NCBI GenBank assembly: GCA_039091735.1
Contig: JAWCLB010000004.1
Coordinates: forward strand, 1 to 60,982
DNA: 60,982 bases
Reading direction: 5' to 3'
Source: Candidatus Aenigmatarchaeota archaeon
GTDB taxonomy: Archaea > Aenigmatarchaeota > Aenigmatarchaeia > GW2011-AR5 > JAHLMP01
The notes under the pieces are model-generated. The model did not search any database. It was given only the letters and a program-made list of their open reading frames with translations, and was not told where the DNA came from. This document shows, piece by piece, positions 37,069-48,610 of the stretch; the stretch's first letter is position 1, and each line of letters starts with the position of its first letter. The translations under genes and the position numbers were made by a program.

Positions 37069-38946
37069 GTGGCTAAGGAAAAGATAATTGGAATTGATTT
37101 GGGTACATCTAACTCTCAAGCTGCTGTGATGCTTGGAGGCAAGCCAACTATAATACCATCAGCAGAGGGCGCAACAGTTGCAGGAAAAATGTTTCCTTCT
37201 GTAGTCGCTTTCACAAAAGATGGTCAATTGCTTGTTGGAGAGCCAGCAAGAAGACAGGCAGTAACAAATCCAGAAGGAACAGTTATGGCTGCAAAGAGAA
37301 AGATGGGAACTGATTTCAAGTATAAGATCTACGGCAAAGAGTATACGCCTCAACAAATCTCTGCCTTTATATTGCAGAAAATAAAAAGAGATGCTGAAGC
37401 ATTTTTAGGGGAGCCTGTTAAAAAAGCTGTCATTACAGTTCCTGCATATTTCAACGATAATCAAAGGACTGCGACAAAAGATGCTGGAAGAATAGCTGGC
37501 TTAGAGGTTGTAAGGCTTGTCAATGAACCTACAGCTGCATCTATGGCATATGGTTTAGATAAAGAGGGAGAGCAAAAGATTCTTGTCTTTGATTTTGGCG
37601 GAGGAACCTTGGATGTCACCATAATGGAGTTTGGTGATGGTGTATTTAATGTTTTGTCAACATCTGGTGACACGCAGCTTGGCGGAACTGATATGGACAA
37701 TGCTATTATCAAATGGATTGTTGATGAATTCAAGGCAAAAGAGGGTGTTGACTTAGAAAAGGACGAGATGGCAATGCAAAGGATAAGAGAGGCTGCAGAA
37801 AAAGCAAAGATTGAATTATCAACTGTTTTGGAAACAGAAATAAACCTTCCTTACATAACTGCAACTGATAAAGGGCCTAAACATCTATCTATGAAACTCA
37901 CAAGAGCAAAGCTGGAGCAACTAGTAGAACCAATAATTAAAAGGTGCATTCATCCTATTGAACAAGCTTTGGAAGATGCTAAATTAACAAAGGACGACAT
38001 CAAAAAAATAATCCTTGTTGGTGGGCCTACAAGAATGCCTTGTGTCCAGAGATTTATTGAGGAAAAAATAGGAAAGAAAGTAGAAAGAGGAATAGATCCA
38101 ATGGAGTGTGTTGCTATTGGAGCTGCTATTCAGGGGGCTATCCTTGCTGGCGAGATTAGGGATATTGTTTTATTAGATGTGACACCATTAACTTTGGGAA
38201 TAGAAACTTTAGGCGGAGTGATGACACCCCTTATTGAGAGGAATACAACAATCCCTACGAGGAAAAGTCAAATATTTACAACAGCTTCTGATTTTCAAAC
38301 AGCAGTAACTATTCATGTCTTGCAGGGAGAGAGGCCAATGGCAAAGGATAACGTGAGCTTAGGTCAATTCAACTTGGTTGGGATACCCCCTGCTCCTAGA
38401 GGTATACCTCAAATAGAGGTTACATTTGATATAGATGCTTCAGGAATTTTGAATGTTTCTGCAAAGGATTTGGGAACAGGAAAGGAGCAAAAGATGATGA
38501 TAACTGCCTCAACAAAACTTTCTGAGAAAGAGGTTGAAAGAATGATTAAAGAAGCAAAAGAGCATGAGGAAGAGGATAGGAGAAGAAAGGAAGAGGTTGA
38601 GGCAAGAAATAATCTTGATTCTTTAATTTACACAACAGAAAAGACTCTCTCTGAAATAGGAGATAAGCTAAGCAAAGAGCATAGGGATAAGATTGAAGAA
38701 GCATTGAAAGAAGCAAAGGAGGCGTTGAAAAAAGATATTGGCGAGATTAAAAAACACACAGAAAATCTGCAAAAGGTCTTGCAAGAGGCAGGAACAGCCA
38801 TTTATCAGGAGGCTGCCAAAAAATATGCAGAGGAACAGACAAAACAGAAAAAGGAAACTAAGGAAGAAGAAAATAAAAAATCGAGAAAAAGGAAAGATAA
38901 CGAAAAAATAATTGATGCTGATTTTAAGGTTGAGAATGAAAAATAG
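37069..38946 (+). CDS. dnaK: Chaperone DnaK (Hsp70)
   Basis: [36 protein letters not shown]; GTG start after GGGGTG. Confidence 0.98.
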   Translation: MAKEKIIGIDLGTSNSQAAVMLGGKPTIIPSAEGATVAGKMFPSVVAFTKDGQLLVGEPARRQAVTNPEGTVMAAKRKMGTDFKYKIYGKEYTPQQISAFILQKIKRDAEAFLGEPVKKAVITVPAYFNDNQRTATKDAGRIAGLEVVRLVNEPTAASMAYGLDKEGEQKILVFDFGGGTLDVTIMEFGDGVFNVLSTSGDTQLGGTDMDNAIIKWIVDEFKAKEGVDLEKDEMAMQRIREAAEKAKIELSTVLETEINLPYITATDKGPKHLSMKLTRAKLEQLVEPIIKRCIHPIEQALEDAKLTKDDIKKIILVGGPTRMPCVQRFIEEKIGKKVERGIDPMECVAIGAAIQGAILAGEIRDIVLLDVTPLTLGIETLGGVMTPLIERNTTIPTRKSQIFTTASDFQTAVTIHVLQGERPMAKDNVSLGQFNLVGIPPAPRGIPQIEVTFDIDASGILNVSAKDLGTGKEQKMMITASTKLSEKEVERMIKEAKEHEEEDRRRKEEVEARNNLDSLIYTTEKTLSEIGDKLSKEHRDKIEEALKEAKEALKKDIGEIKKHTENLQKVLQEAGTAIYQEAAKKYAEEQTKQKKETKEEENKKSRKRKDNEKIIDADFKVENEK

Positions 38947-39269
38947 CCCTCAGAATTAATTATCTTCCATATCAGTTATATGCCTAAGTTTGGTGGTAAT
39001 TGCTTATGCGAATTTGTCACTAAGCTTAACAACTATGGAAATATGAAGCGAGGTTGGGCATTTATATGGAACAAGGCCAGGTTTCTTGATTTTTCCACAA
39101 ATGCAACCCCTTCTTTTCAATTATTGCAAAATTTATGTTTCACAAGCCAAATAAATAATACAGGCTTTTATATCCTTTCAAAACGAGACAACAATGTTTT
39201 GTGAAGTCAACCAAACATTTAGTGGAGCTGAGTGATAGAAAGAAACAAAAAGAGTAGAAATTATTAATT

Positions 39270-40532
39270 CTAACTTAAATATTCTTTTGGGGTTAGCTCT
39301 CTTATCTCTTTTTTTAATACAAAGAACAAAACTATTGATAGAATTTCAGTGCAAATTAATGCAGATATCATAAAAGGAATTGAGATATCATATAGATATC
39401 CAGCAAAAACGCTGCCAATAAACAGACCAAAACCATATATTACGTTAAAAATACCGTATCCAGTTCCACGTTTCTTTATTGAGGTTAAATCAGCAATCGC
39501 AGCCTTCATTATTGTTTCGTGTGAGCCCATAACAATACCCCAAAGAAATACTGCTGCAAAAATTAAAGTTATATTATTTGAGAATATCAATGGAAGAATT
39601 ATAGCAGTAATTATTGGTATAAATAGCAAAACCAATAGTCCTGCATGCTCGTTTTTATGTTTTATCTTTAGTTTATCATACATTTTTCCTACAATCACTC
39701 CAAATATTGCATCGACAATCATGGCAATAGCATAGAGAAAAGGTATTTGTGCATCAGATGCAATTCTATTTGTCTTCAAGTGATATCCTACAATTGCGAA
39801 GTTAATAAAACCAATAGTAGTAAAAAATGTAAAAATTGAATATATCCAAAAGGCTTTTGAAATTTTTGATTCTTGTTCGCCTTCTTCCCCTTCAAGATTG
39901 CTTGGGGTTTTAAATTTAAAAAAAGTGATGAATAAAACCATTACCAGCATTATAAATGGAAGCCAGAGCAAGCTATAACCTCGTTGATAATCTGCAACTG
40001 TTTTTTCAGCAGTCCCTAAGAGCATAAAGAAAAAGGTAAATATCAATGGTCCAATCAGTGCACCGATTTGGTCTAAGAACTCAGAGATGCCAAAGCCAAG
40101 CCCCGTGCCAATTCGCTTTGTTGCGTGAGAAACTATTGTATCTCTTGCAGGACTTCTTAATCCTTTTCCAATTCTTTCAAGGACTATAAGAATTGCTGCT
40201 AATTGCCAATAATTTGATAAGGCTAACAACGGAATTGTCATGAGCAAACTATAACCAGCTATTGTGAAAAACCAATGCGCCTTGGCTTTATCAGAAAAAT
40301 ACCCTGAAAGTAAGCGGATTGCATATCCTAATAATTCTCCGATGCCAACTACTAGACCAACAATAGCTGCATTAGCCCCTAATATATTTAGATAAGGACC
40401 ATTAACGCTTCTTGCTCCTTCATAAATAATATCTCCGAGCAGACTTATTATTCCGAAAAACAAAATTAGGATAATTGCATTCTTTTTTTCATTGAATTTG
40501 TTGAAATATTTTTTAAACATAAATCCAATCAT
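39270..40532 (-). CDS. MFS transporter
   Basis: About 12 TM; GYFSDK, ERIGKGLRSPARD, RGTGYGIF. Confidence 0.9.
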   Translation of the reverse strand: MIGFMFKKYFNKFNEKKNAIILILFFGIISLLGDIIYEGARSVNGPYLNILGANAAIVGLVVGIGELLGYAIRLLSGYFSDKAKAHWFFTIAGYSLLMTIPLLALSNYWQLAAILIVLERIGKGLRSPARDTIVSHATKRIGTGLGFGISEFLDQIGALIGPLIFTFFFMLLGTAEKTVADYQRGYSLLWLPFIMLVMVLFITFFKFKTPSNLEGEEGEQESKISKAFWIYSIFTFFTTIGFINFAIVGYHLKTNRIASDAQIPFLYAIAMIVDAIFGVIVGKMYDKLKIKHKNEHAGLLVLLFIPIITAIILPLIFSNNITLIFAAVFLWGIVMGSHETIMKAAIADLTSIKKRGTGYGIFNVIYGFGLFIGSVFAGYLYDISIPFMISALICTEILSIVLFFVLKKEIRELTPKEYLS

Positions 40533-40722
40533 GTTAATTTTATATTTAAAGTAAGGAGTTACAATCTATTTAAATTGAAACTTCTCATTCTCTTCTTGGT
40601 TAGACTTAGCATACGCGATTTAACAAAGTTCGATGTATGGAGATTTTGGTAATTTTCTGCAAGTGCCATGCTGTAAAATATTTATGTGTTGCAAAGGGCA
40701 AATTGGCCTTAGAGCCGTGGAT

Positions 40723-41097
40723 TTATGATCTCCACAAACCATGAAGGTTGCAGTATTCTCTTGCTTCTATCTTTTTTGCTTTTATTTCAAACTCTGCCTC
40801 TGGTTTGTCTCCTGGTTTCAAGAATTTTCTATAAGCTATTTCATCAGCGATTATCTGTATCCATTCGATGTAATGCTTCTCTTCCATTGGGTGCGGAAGA
40901 GACCCGACCTTTATTTTAATCCCTTTTTTTGTTTTTTCGATTACTGGGACATGTTTTTCTTTTCCAATATCTTCTGTTTTTTCTTTCAATAATTCCATTA
41001 GCTGTCCGCAACAAACAAGTTGTCCTATACCTGCATGCAGAACTTCAACGATATTACCACAAATATTGCACTTGTATACTTGTTTTTGTTCGGTCAT
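40723..41097 (-). CDS. dfx: Desulfoferrodoxin (2Fe superoxide reductase)
   Basis: [34 protein letters not shown]. Confidence 0.96.
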   Translation of the reverse strand: MTEQKQVYKCNICGNIVEVLHAGIGQLVCCGQLMELLKEKTEDIGKEKHVPVIEKTKKGIKIKVGSLPHPMEEKHYIEWIQIIADEIAYRKFLKPGDKPEAEFEIKAKKIEAREYCNLHGLWRS

Positions 41098-41119
41098 GTC
41101 TATTTACCTTACAAACTTT

Positions 41120-41704
41120 TTAATATTCCTCGCATTTTATCTGATAGAAGCTTCTTTCATGGTCGCAGGATGGACACCTTTCAGGTGGCTCTTTTCCGAA
41201 ATGAACATAACCACACTCTCTGCAAACCCACCATACATCTTTATCTTTTTTGAATACTGTTTTGGCTTCAACTTCTTTCAAAAGTTTCTTGTATCTTTCT
41301 TCATGATGCTCTTCAGCCTTAGCTATTGCTCTTAGCCTTTTTGCAATTTCAGAAAAACCTTCTTTTTCAGCAGTGTCTGCAAATTCAGGGTACATTTTTG
41401 TGTATTCATACCTTTCGCCAGCGATTGCAGATTTTAAGTTTTCAGCAGTATTACCAAGAATTGTTGTAGCTACTGCATCAACTTTTATTTCGTCTAAATT
41501 CTCTTTACTTTTCTTTTTTAATTCGTTGATAAATTTAAACAACCAGCTTGCGTGTTCCTTTTCATTTTCAGCTGTAATTAGAAAGACTTCTGCGATCTGC
41601 TCAAATCCTTCCTTTTTGGCAATTTTAGAATAGAAAGTATATCTATTCCTTGCTTGGCTTTCACCTATAAAAGCCTTTGTCAAATTTTCAATTGTTTTTT
41701 TCAT
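41120..41704 (-). CDS. rbr: Rubrerythrin
   Basis: [31 protein letters not shown]. Confidence 0.96.
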   Translation of the reverse strand: MKKTIENLTKAFIGESQARNRYTFYSKIAKKEGFEQIAEVFLITAENEKEHASWLFKFINELKKKSKENLDEIKVDAVATTILGNTAENLKSAIAGERYEYTKMYPEFADTAEKEGFSEIAKRLRAIAKAEEHHEERYKKLLKEVEAKTVFKKDKDVWWVCRECGYVHFGKEPPERCPSCDHERSFYQIKCEEY

Positions 41705-41921
41705 AGTTTTACCTTTAATTATAAATTTGACCTTTAAAAATTTATCATTCCAGTGTCGGAATTTAAAGCTTTCATATAAACTATGACATTTTACGAATTT
41801 CTGAAAGGAAATTTAGACGAGGCTCTGCAAAAGCCGAACGGTTTATTTATCGCTCATTTCTCTGAACGAAGTGAGGAGAGATTTTAATATAATGTTTCCA
41901 GATGGAAAAAGTTTGAGCATT

Positions 41922-42404
41922 TTATTGAACAATAATATCTTTTGAAATGATTAGTTTTTGTTCCATTGGTTCTTTGATTTCTGGTTTCGTTCCTTTCTCG
42001 TAAACATTTATGGTATAACTACCAGGAGGGACATTTTGAAGCTTTGCTCCTATCTCAGAAAAGCATATGCACCTGCAACCAATTCCGCTCCATACTTCAT
42101 AAATGTTTATGACCGAATTTCTTATTTCTTTTTCAATTTCTACTTTTCTGCAACAAAGATGATTTATGGCTCTTAAATACAAAACTTCATTTCCGTTTAC
42201 ATCTATTTTTGGCTCTTGCTCTTCAACTAGAGATTTGCTTGCTATTTCTTCTCCGGTTTCAGCGCATCCTTTTACTAAAGGAGAAAGAATAATATTTTGA
42301 AGATTTGACGGCGTTGCTGATTGTGTTAATATTTGCCAATAGATTCCTGCGACCCCGACAGCTATTACTGCAAGAACCAATGGAAGTATAATTTTGTTAT
42401 TCAT
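41922..42404 (-). CDS. Membrane-anchored secreted hypothetical protein
   Basis: N-terminal TM; HLCC..CRCIC..GSYTINV Ig-like strands. Confidence 0.78.
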   Translation of the reverse strand: MNNKIILPLVLAVIAVGVAGIYWQILTQSATPSNLQNIILSPLVKGCAETGEEIASKSLVEEQEPKIDVNGNEVLYLRAINHLCCRKVEIEKEIRNSVINIYEVWSGIGCRCICFSEIGAKLQNVPPGSYTINVYEKGTKPEIKEPMEQKLIISKDIIVQ

Positions 42405-42589
42405 AATAAAGTATAATTTAATTATTCTATATAAATGCTTCGAAGAGTTCTGGTAGATTTGAAGTTATCATGCAGACCATCAAATTGAAACTAACAACCT
42501 AGAAAAACGAAATATTTCCTTTTATGCTACTTATTAAGGTATAGTAACCTTTATATGTTTTGATTCTATGATTGATTTATGTATGATAC

Positions 42590-42860
42590 CGAACATGTTA
42601 TTTTTCCTTCAAATATGGGAAGCAAGCTAACAAAAACAATCGCAAAAGTCATGAAAGATGCTGAGAGAAAGTCTGGAATAAAAAAATGTTTATCCACATC
42701 TATTGAGGCACAACTTTGCTACCCACATTCTAGAACATGGAACAGATTTGCGGACAATACAGAAACTGCTTAGCCATGCTGACACAAAAACAATACAAAT
42801 ATATACTTAAATAAGCCAGGCAAACATAAGAATGTGAGAAGCCCTCTTGATAACCTGTGA
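42590..42860 (+). pseudogene. Degraded Xer/integron-like tyrosine recombinase C-terminus
   Basis: Across frameshifts reads [63 protein letters not shown]. Confidence 0.8.
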
Positions 42861-42865
42861 TAAAT

Positions 42866-43987
42866 ATGACGAGTAAAGATTATTACAAGATTTTAGGTGT
42901 TGATAAGAACGCAAGTCAGGAAGAGATAAAAAGGGCATTCAGACAATTAGCCAGAAAATACCATCCTGATGTTGCAGGAAAAAAGTATGAGGAAAAATTC
43001 AAGGAGATAAATGAGGCTTTTCAGATTTTAAGTGACCCACAAAAGCGAGCGCAATATGATCAATTTGGAAGCGCAGCATTCAGGCCAGAAGATTTTGAGT
43101 TTAGATGGCCTAGTTTTGACGAGTTATTTAGAGATTTTGGATTTGGTGATATTTTTGATGTTTTTTCTGACTTTAGAGAAAAAACAAGAACACGCGCTGA
43201 ACAAGGCGCTGATTTAAGATATGACTTGGAAATAACACTAGAGGATGCATTTCATGGCAAAGTAGAAAAAATAGATATCCCTACTTTTATTCCATGTAAA
43301 ACCTGTGGTGGAACAGGAGCAAGGCATCTAAAGAAATGCCCGAATTGCAACGGAACAGGAGAAGTTAGAAAAATTCAGCGAGCAGCATTTGCACAAATCG
43401 TTAATATCACAACTTGTAATAAGTGCAAGGGTTCTGGTCAAATAATAGAAAAGCTATGTGATGATTGTAAAGGAACAGGAAGAATAAAGAAAATAAAAAA
43501 GATAGAAATTAAAATTCCTAGGGGTGTGGACAACGGCTCTTATTTGAGAGTTCCAGGTCAAGGAGAGGCTGGTTACAGCGGTGGTCCACCAGGTGATTTG
43601 TATGTCGTAATTCATGTGAAAGAGCACCCTATATTTGATAGGCATGATAATAATTTGTTTTGCCAGACAACGATTTCTTTAGGACAAGCAATCTTTGGTT
43701 CTGAAATAGAAATTCCAACAATAGATGGTAGAGCAAAATTAAAAATACCTCCTGGAACACAGAGTCACACTATTTTTAGATTAAAGGGGCAGGGAATGCC
43801 AGACCCGCATACCTCAAAGAGGGGTGACCAATTAGTAAAGGTGGTTGTCAAAATACCAGAAAAATTGAGCGAAAAGCAAAGGAAAATATTAATGGATTTT
43901 GTTAGTATAAGCGAAGAAGAGGCTAAGACAGCAAAAGGTTTTTTTGAGAAAATGAAAGAACATCTGTCAAATCCTTATAAAGATTGA
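42866..43987 (+). CDS. dnaJ: Chaperone DnaJ
   Basis: [11 protein letters not shown], four CxxCxGxG repeats. Confidence 0.97.
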   Translation: MTSKDYYKILGVDKNASQEEIKRAFRQLARKYHPDVAGKKYEEKFKEINEAFQILSDPQKRAQYDQFGSAAFRPEDFEFRWPSFDELFRDFGFGDIFDVFSDFREKTRTRAEQGADLRYDLEITLEDAFHGKVEKIDIPTFIPCKTCGGTGARHLKKCPNCNGTGEVRKIQRAAFAQIVNITTCNKCKGSGQIIEKLCDDCKGTGRIKKIKKIEIKIPRGVDNGSYLRVPGQGEAGYSGGPPGDLYVVIHVKEHPIFDRHDNNLFCQTTISLGQAIFGSEIEIPTIDGRAKLKIPPGTQSHTIFRLKGQGMPDPHTSKRGDQLVKVVVKIPEKLSEKQRKILMDFVSISEEEAKTAKGFFEKMKEHLSNPYKD

Positions 43988-44079
43988 GCTTTCTTAGATA
44001 TCTTAATTCTTTTCGATATAAAAGCCCAATTTGGCAAAATTGTTAATAATTAATATTTTGTTATTTATTATATTGAGAG

Positions 44080-45324
44080 ATGTACAAAGTAAAGGATATT
44101 AGTTTGGCATCCCAAGGCAGACTAAAAGTAGAGTGGTCAGAACAAAGAATGCCCGTTCTTATGGGGATAAGGCGTAAGTTCGAAAAAACAAAGCCATTAA
44201 AAGGATTTACTGTAGGGATATGCCTTCATGTGACAAAGGAAACAGCAGTTCTTGTTGAGACGCTTGTTGCAGGAGGTGCAAGGGTTGCTATTACAGGTTG
44301 TAATCCATTATCTACTCAAGACGATATTTCTGCCTATCTTGCAAAGAAGAATATTAATATATTTGCATGGCGCGGCGAGACAAAAGAAGAATATTATGAA
44401 AATATAAACAAGGTTCTTGATTTTAAACCAGAGTTTACAGTGGATGATGGTGGTGACCTGGTTTTTACAGTTCACAAAGATAGAAAGGAATTAATAAGCA
44501 ATATAATAGGTGGATGTGAAGAGACAACAACAGGCATTCAAAGGCTTATTGCAATGAAGAATGAGAATAAGCTGAGGTATCCTATTATAGATGTGAATAA
44601 TGCAAAGACAAAACACCTTTTTGACAATCGTTACGGAACAGGTCAATCTACAATAGATGGAATCATGAGGGCTACCTCTGTGCTGATTGCTGGAAAGAAT
44701 TTTGTTGTTGCTGGCTATGGCTGGTGCGGAAAAGGGATAGCCATGAGAGCCCGCGGAATGGGAGCTAATGTAATAGTCACTGAAGTAGATCCTCTGAAGG
44801 CACTAGAAGCAGCAATGGATGGCTTCAGGGTCATGCCCATGGATGTTGCTGCTGAATTGGGAGATATATTTGTGACAGCCACAGGAAATAAGGATATAAT
44901 AATAGGCGATCATATAAAGAAGATGAAAAATGGAGCAATACTTGCAAATGCAGGCCATTTTAATGTTGAGATTAAATTAAGTGATCTTGAAAAAGAGAGT
45001 GTTGAAAAAAAGAGGATAAGAGAAAACTGTGAGCAATATGAATTAAAAAATGGAAAAAGAATATATCTGCTCGCAGAAGGCAGGCTTGTGAATCTTGCAT
45101 GTGCTGAAGGTCATCCAAGTGAGGTTATGGATATGTCATTTGCAAATCAGGCCCTATCAATAAAATATCTGATAGAAAACAGGTTAGAACCTGGTATTTA
45201 TCCAGTTCCTCACGAGGTTGACAATATGATTGCATACCTCAAATTAAAAACCCTTGGAATAAAGATAGATGAGCTTACAGAAAGCCAGAAGAAATATCTT
45301 AGCTCTTGGGAAGATGGGACATGA
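44080..45324 (+). CDS. ahcY: S-adenosylhomocysteine hydrolase
   Basis: CNPLSTQD, EETTTG, KHLFDNRYGTGQS, GRLVNL..AEGHP. Confidence 0.97.
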   Translation: MYKVKDISLASQGRLKVEWSEQRMPVLMGIRRKFEKTKPLKGFTVGICLHVTKETAVLVETLVAGGARVAITGCNPLSTQDDISAYLAKKNINIFAWRGETKEEYYENINKVLDFKPEFTVDDGGDLVFTVHKDRKELISNIIGGCEETTTGIQRLIAMKNENKLRYPIIDVNNAKTKHLFDNRYGTGQSTIDGIMRATSVLIAGKNFVVAGYGWCGKGIAMRARGMGANVIVTEVDPLKALEAAMDGFRVMPMDVAAELGDIFVTATGNKDIIIGDHIKKMKNGAILANAGHFNVEIKLSDLEKESVEKKRIRENCEQYELKNGKRIYLLAEGRLVNLACAEGHPSEVMDMSFANQALSIKYLIENRLEPGIYPVPHEVDNMIAYLKLKTLGIKIDELTESQKKYLSSWEDGT

Positions 45325-45489
45325 TTTTTATAAGATTTGATTCAGAAAAAGACAAATTTGTCTATAGAAGATTTAGCATATGCAATAGAGTTATGGAATA
45401 ATTTATAAATAAGATTCACAAAACATTTTGCAGAAACTATTGCGAGATTTTTAGAATAAATTTATAAATTCAACATTCTTATTAATTTT

Positions 45490-46782
45490 ATGATTACTAT
45501 AAGCGAGATTTTAGATGGAAAAGGAGAAGGAAAAGAAGTTGAGATAAAAGGTTGGTTAGTTAACAAAAGGTCTAGTGGTGGCATCCAATTTCTAATAATC
45601 AGGGATGGAACAGGAGTAATTCAATCTACTATTCACAAAGATGAGGTTGAAGAGAGGGTTTTCGCGGATGGAGATAAGCTGACCCAAGAATCATCCTTGA
45701 TAATAAGAGGCATCGTCAAAAAAGATAGTAGAGCGCCTGGTGGTTATGAGATAAGAATTAAAGATATGAAGATATTGCAGATAGCAAAAGATTTTCCGAT
45801 AACTAAAAAGGAGCACGGAATTGATTTTCTTTTAAACTGGAGACACCTTTGGATGAGAAGTCAAAGGCAATCAGCAATACTTAGAATAAGGGCAGAGGTT
45901 GTAAAGGCATGCAGAGATTTTTTAGATAATAACGGATTCGTTCTTGTCGATTCACCTATACTTACGCCTTCTGCATGTGAGGGGACATCTACACTATTTG
46001 AAACACCATACTTTGGAAGGAAGGCATATTTAACCCAGAGCGGTCAACTCTACTTAGAGGCCGCAATTGCAGCATTTGGCAAGGTTTATTGTTTTGGCCC
46101 TACCTTTAGGGCAGAAAAATCCAAAACATCAAAACATTTAACAGAGTTTTGGATGATTGAACCAGAGATGGCCTTTGTGGAGTTCGATGAGAATTTAAAA
46201 TTGCAAGAAGATTTTGTAAGCTACATAGTGAAAAGGGTAATCGAAAAAAGGAAGAAAGAGCTAGAGATACTTAAGAGGGATATAAAACCATTAGAAAAGG
46301 TTGAACCACCATTTCCGAGAATAACCTATAGCGAAGTAATAGAGATTCTAAAGAAAACTAAATATAGCCTAGAATGGGGAGGCGATTTGGGTGCTCCTCA
46401 TGAAAGATGCATATCTCTAAGATATGATAAGCCTGTATTCATAACTAAATATCCAGCAAAGGCTAAGGCATTTTACATGCAGCCAGACCCAAATGACCCA
46501 AAAGTAGCTCTGTGCGCAGACCTTATAGCACCAGAGGGATATGGCGAAATAATTGGCGGAAGCCAAAGAATTCATGATCTTGAGCTCCTTGAAAGGAGGA
46601 TTGAGGAATTTAAACTTCCTAAAAAGAATTATGCGTGGTACTTGGATTTAAGACGATATGGAAGCGTTCCTCACTCTGGATTTGGAATGGGTATTGAGCG
46701 TGTAGTAATGTGGATTTGTAAATTAAAACATATAAGGGAAGCTATACCTTTTCCAAGAACGATAACAAGGATATATCCTTAG
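45490..46782 (+). CDS. asnS: Asparaginyl-tRNA synthetase
   Basis: OB fold RDGTG, RHLWMRS, TQSGQLY, FRAEKSKT..HLTEFW, KAFYM, GSVPHSGFG. Confidence 0.92.
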   Translation: MITISEILDGKGEGKEVEIKGWLVNKRSSGGIQFLIIRDGTGVIQSTIHKDEVEERVFADGDKLTQESSLIIRGIVKKDSRAPGGYEIRIKDMKILQIAKDFPITKKEHGIDFLLNWRHLWMRSQRQSAILRIRAEVVKACRDFLDNNGFVLVDSPILTPSACEGTSTLFETPYFGRKAYLTQSGQLYLEAAIAAFGKVYCFGPTFRAEKSKTSKHLTEFWMIEPEMAFVEFDENLKLQEDFVSYIVKRVIEKRKKELEILKRDIKPLEKVEPPFPRITYSEVIEILKKTKYSLEWGGDLGAPHERCISLRYDKPVFITKYPAKAKAFYMQPDPNDPKVALCADLIAPEGYGEIIGGSQRIHDLELLERRIEEFKLPKKNYAWYLDLRRYGSVPHSGFGMGIERVVMWICKLKHIREAIPFPRTITRIYP

Positions 46783-46948
46783 CAATTGGTTTTTACAATT
46801 TTTTAAATAATGAATTTGTAACTATATGCAACTCTCTTACAGACTTAAAGCCTATTGTTGCATGCAGTAAAAATTTAAATACTTATTTAAATACACATAG
46901 CTAAGATATTTGCTTATCTTTTAATTTTCAAATAAAAAAGAAGATATT

Positions 46949-47398
46949 ATGGTAAAAACTACAGAAATCATTGTAGAGAATTTCATGGAAAGCCTTCCGA
47001 CAATAACAAAAGACACAGAAATTAATGAGGTAATAAATATAATGAAAAGGGAGAGAACCACATCTCTTCCAGTAGTTGATAAAGATGGTAAGCTGATAGG
47101 ATGCATCTTTGATTACAACCTTATAAAGCTTGTAAGAAAAGGCTCTCCTATTGCAGGCTTCATATGGAGGAATTCAATAGATAAAGAAGATAAAAATATA
47201 AAGGCAGAAGAGATAATGGACACAAAGATTGTAACCATATCAAATACAGATACAATAGAAACAGCTCTTAATGTTATGAGCAACAGCAATGCTAGATTGT
47301 TGATGGTAACTGATAGAGAGGGAAAATTTTTAGGGGTATTAAGAATAAGAACCATCTTCAGTAAAATCTTTGAAGAGATCGAAGAGGAAACGAAATAG
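46949..47398 (+). CDS. CBS-domain pair protein
   Basis: LPVVDKDGKLIG; VTDREGKFLG. Confidence 0.88.
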   Translation: MVKTTEIIVENFMESLPTITKDTEINEVINIMKRERTTSLPVVDKDGKLIGCIFDYNLIKLVRKGSPIAGFIWRNSIDKEDKNIKAEEIMDTKIVTISNTDTIETALNVMSNSNARLLMVTDREGKFLGVLRIRTIFSKIFEEIEEETK

Positions 47399-47437
47399 AG
47401 AAAACGATTAGAAAAGAGATGAAAACGGGAGATTTGA

Positions 47438-48598
47438 GTGTTAATAGAACTCTGGGATATTGCAATAGTGCTATTAGGAGCGAAGATAGGAGGAGCTATA
47501 TTTACGAAACTAAGACAACCAAGCTCGATAGGAGAAATTTTGGCAGGCTTGTTTATAAGCTATTTCATAACAACAATTTCCGAATCTCTTGCCGTCCAAG
47601 TTATTGCAAATTTAGGGTTAATATTTCTCATACTTCTTACTGTTATGTCTGTTGATTTTGGCCAGGCTGAAAAGAATATCGAAAAATTTATCTATTCTCA
47701 TATAATCATAATACTCCTCACATCTATCATACTTTTTGGAATAATGAAAGAAAATACTATTATCTTCCTTGCTTGTATCATTGGCTCAAGCACATCCATA
47801 GCCTTAAGATCATTAATTTCAATCGATGCAATAAATTCAAAAGAGGGACAAACTATATTGGGGATGCAATTGATAAACACAGTAGTTGAGGTAATACTCA
47901 TTTCATTGGCAATGAACATAATTGCTACAAAATCTTTTAATCCGGAGATTGCAGTAAAGTTAGCATTGATGATGGTTGGAACATTTGTAGTCACAAGTAG
48001 GGTAGGCTACAAAATGATAAATTTCATATTTAACAACATACAAAGATTTAAAATGGAGGAAGTCCTTCTAGCATTTACTATAATTTTTGCATTTGCTGCA
48101 GCAGCGTTCACTGAAAAAATAGGCCTAACAAGTCTAATCGGCATAATGCTCATGGGAATACTAGTAAGCAGAACCCAACAAGCATTAGTTATTTCAACCA
48201 AGGTAAGAGAATTGAGTGAAAGCTTCTTCACGCCAGTATTTTTTGCTTCTCTTGGATTTGGAGCAACCTTTCTCGTTGATCTAAACCTGTTGCTAATTAT
48301 CTTCTTTTCTTTGTTGGCATTAAGGCTTGTTATGTTTATTTTGCCTGTAAGGCTTGTTGGATATTCCTCAACAGAGGCAGTAAGAATAGGGTCAGGTTTT
48401 CTTCCGATGTCTGGCTATGGTTTGATGCTATTTGGTTTGGGAGTTAAAAACTTGATTTTTGATCAAGAATTATACTCAGTATTTGTTATATCTTTCATAC
48501 TTATGAATATGATTTCCCCACTTTTAATAAAACTCTCTTTTAAAATTAGACCAATTAAGAGAAGAGTTATAATTAGACACAAAAAAGGGTTTATCTAA
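47438..48598 (+). CDS. Cation:proton antiporter (CPA2)
   Basis: KLRQPSSIGEILAG, SSTSI, FFTPVFFASLG; multi-TM. Confidence 0.85.
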   Translation: MLIELWDIAIVLLGAKIGGAIFTKLRQPSSIGEILAGLFISYFITTISESLAVQVIANLGLIFLILLTVMSVDFGQAEKNIEKFIYSHIIIILLTSIILFGIMKENTIIFLACIIGSSTSIALRSLISIDAINSKEGQTILGMQLINTVVEVILISLAMNIIATKSFNPEIAVKLALMMVGTFVVTSRVGYKMINFIFNNIQRFKMEEVLLAFTIIFAFAAAAFTEKIGLTSLIGIMLMGILVSRTQQALVISTKVRELSESFFTPVFFASLGFGATFLVDLNLLLIIFFSLLALRLVMFILPVRLVGYSSTEAVRIGSGFLPMSGYGLMLFGLGVKNLIFDQELYSVFVISFILMNMISPLLIKLSFKIRPIKRRVIIRHKKGFI

Positions 48599-48610
48599 AG
48601 GAGGGATAAA

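Noticed and set aside
38980-39204. 74-aa ORF after dnaK
   Set aside because: Atypical composition with no SD or motif; likely non-coding island boundary.
42520-42552. Possible dif-like Xer site near the recombinase remnant
   Set aside because: No convincing 11-6-11 inverted arms.
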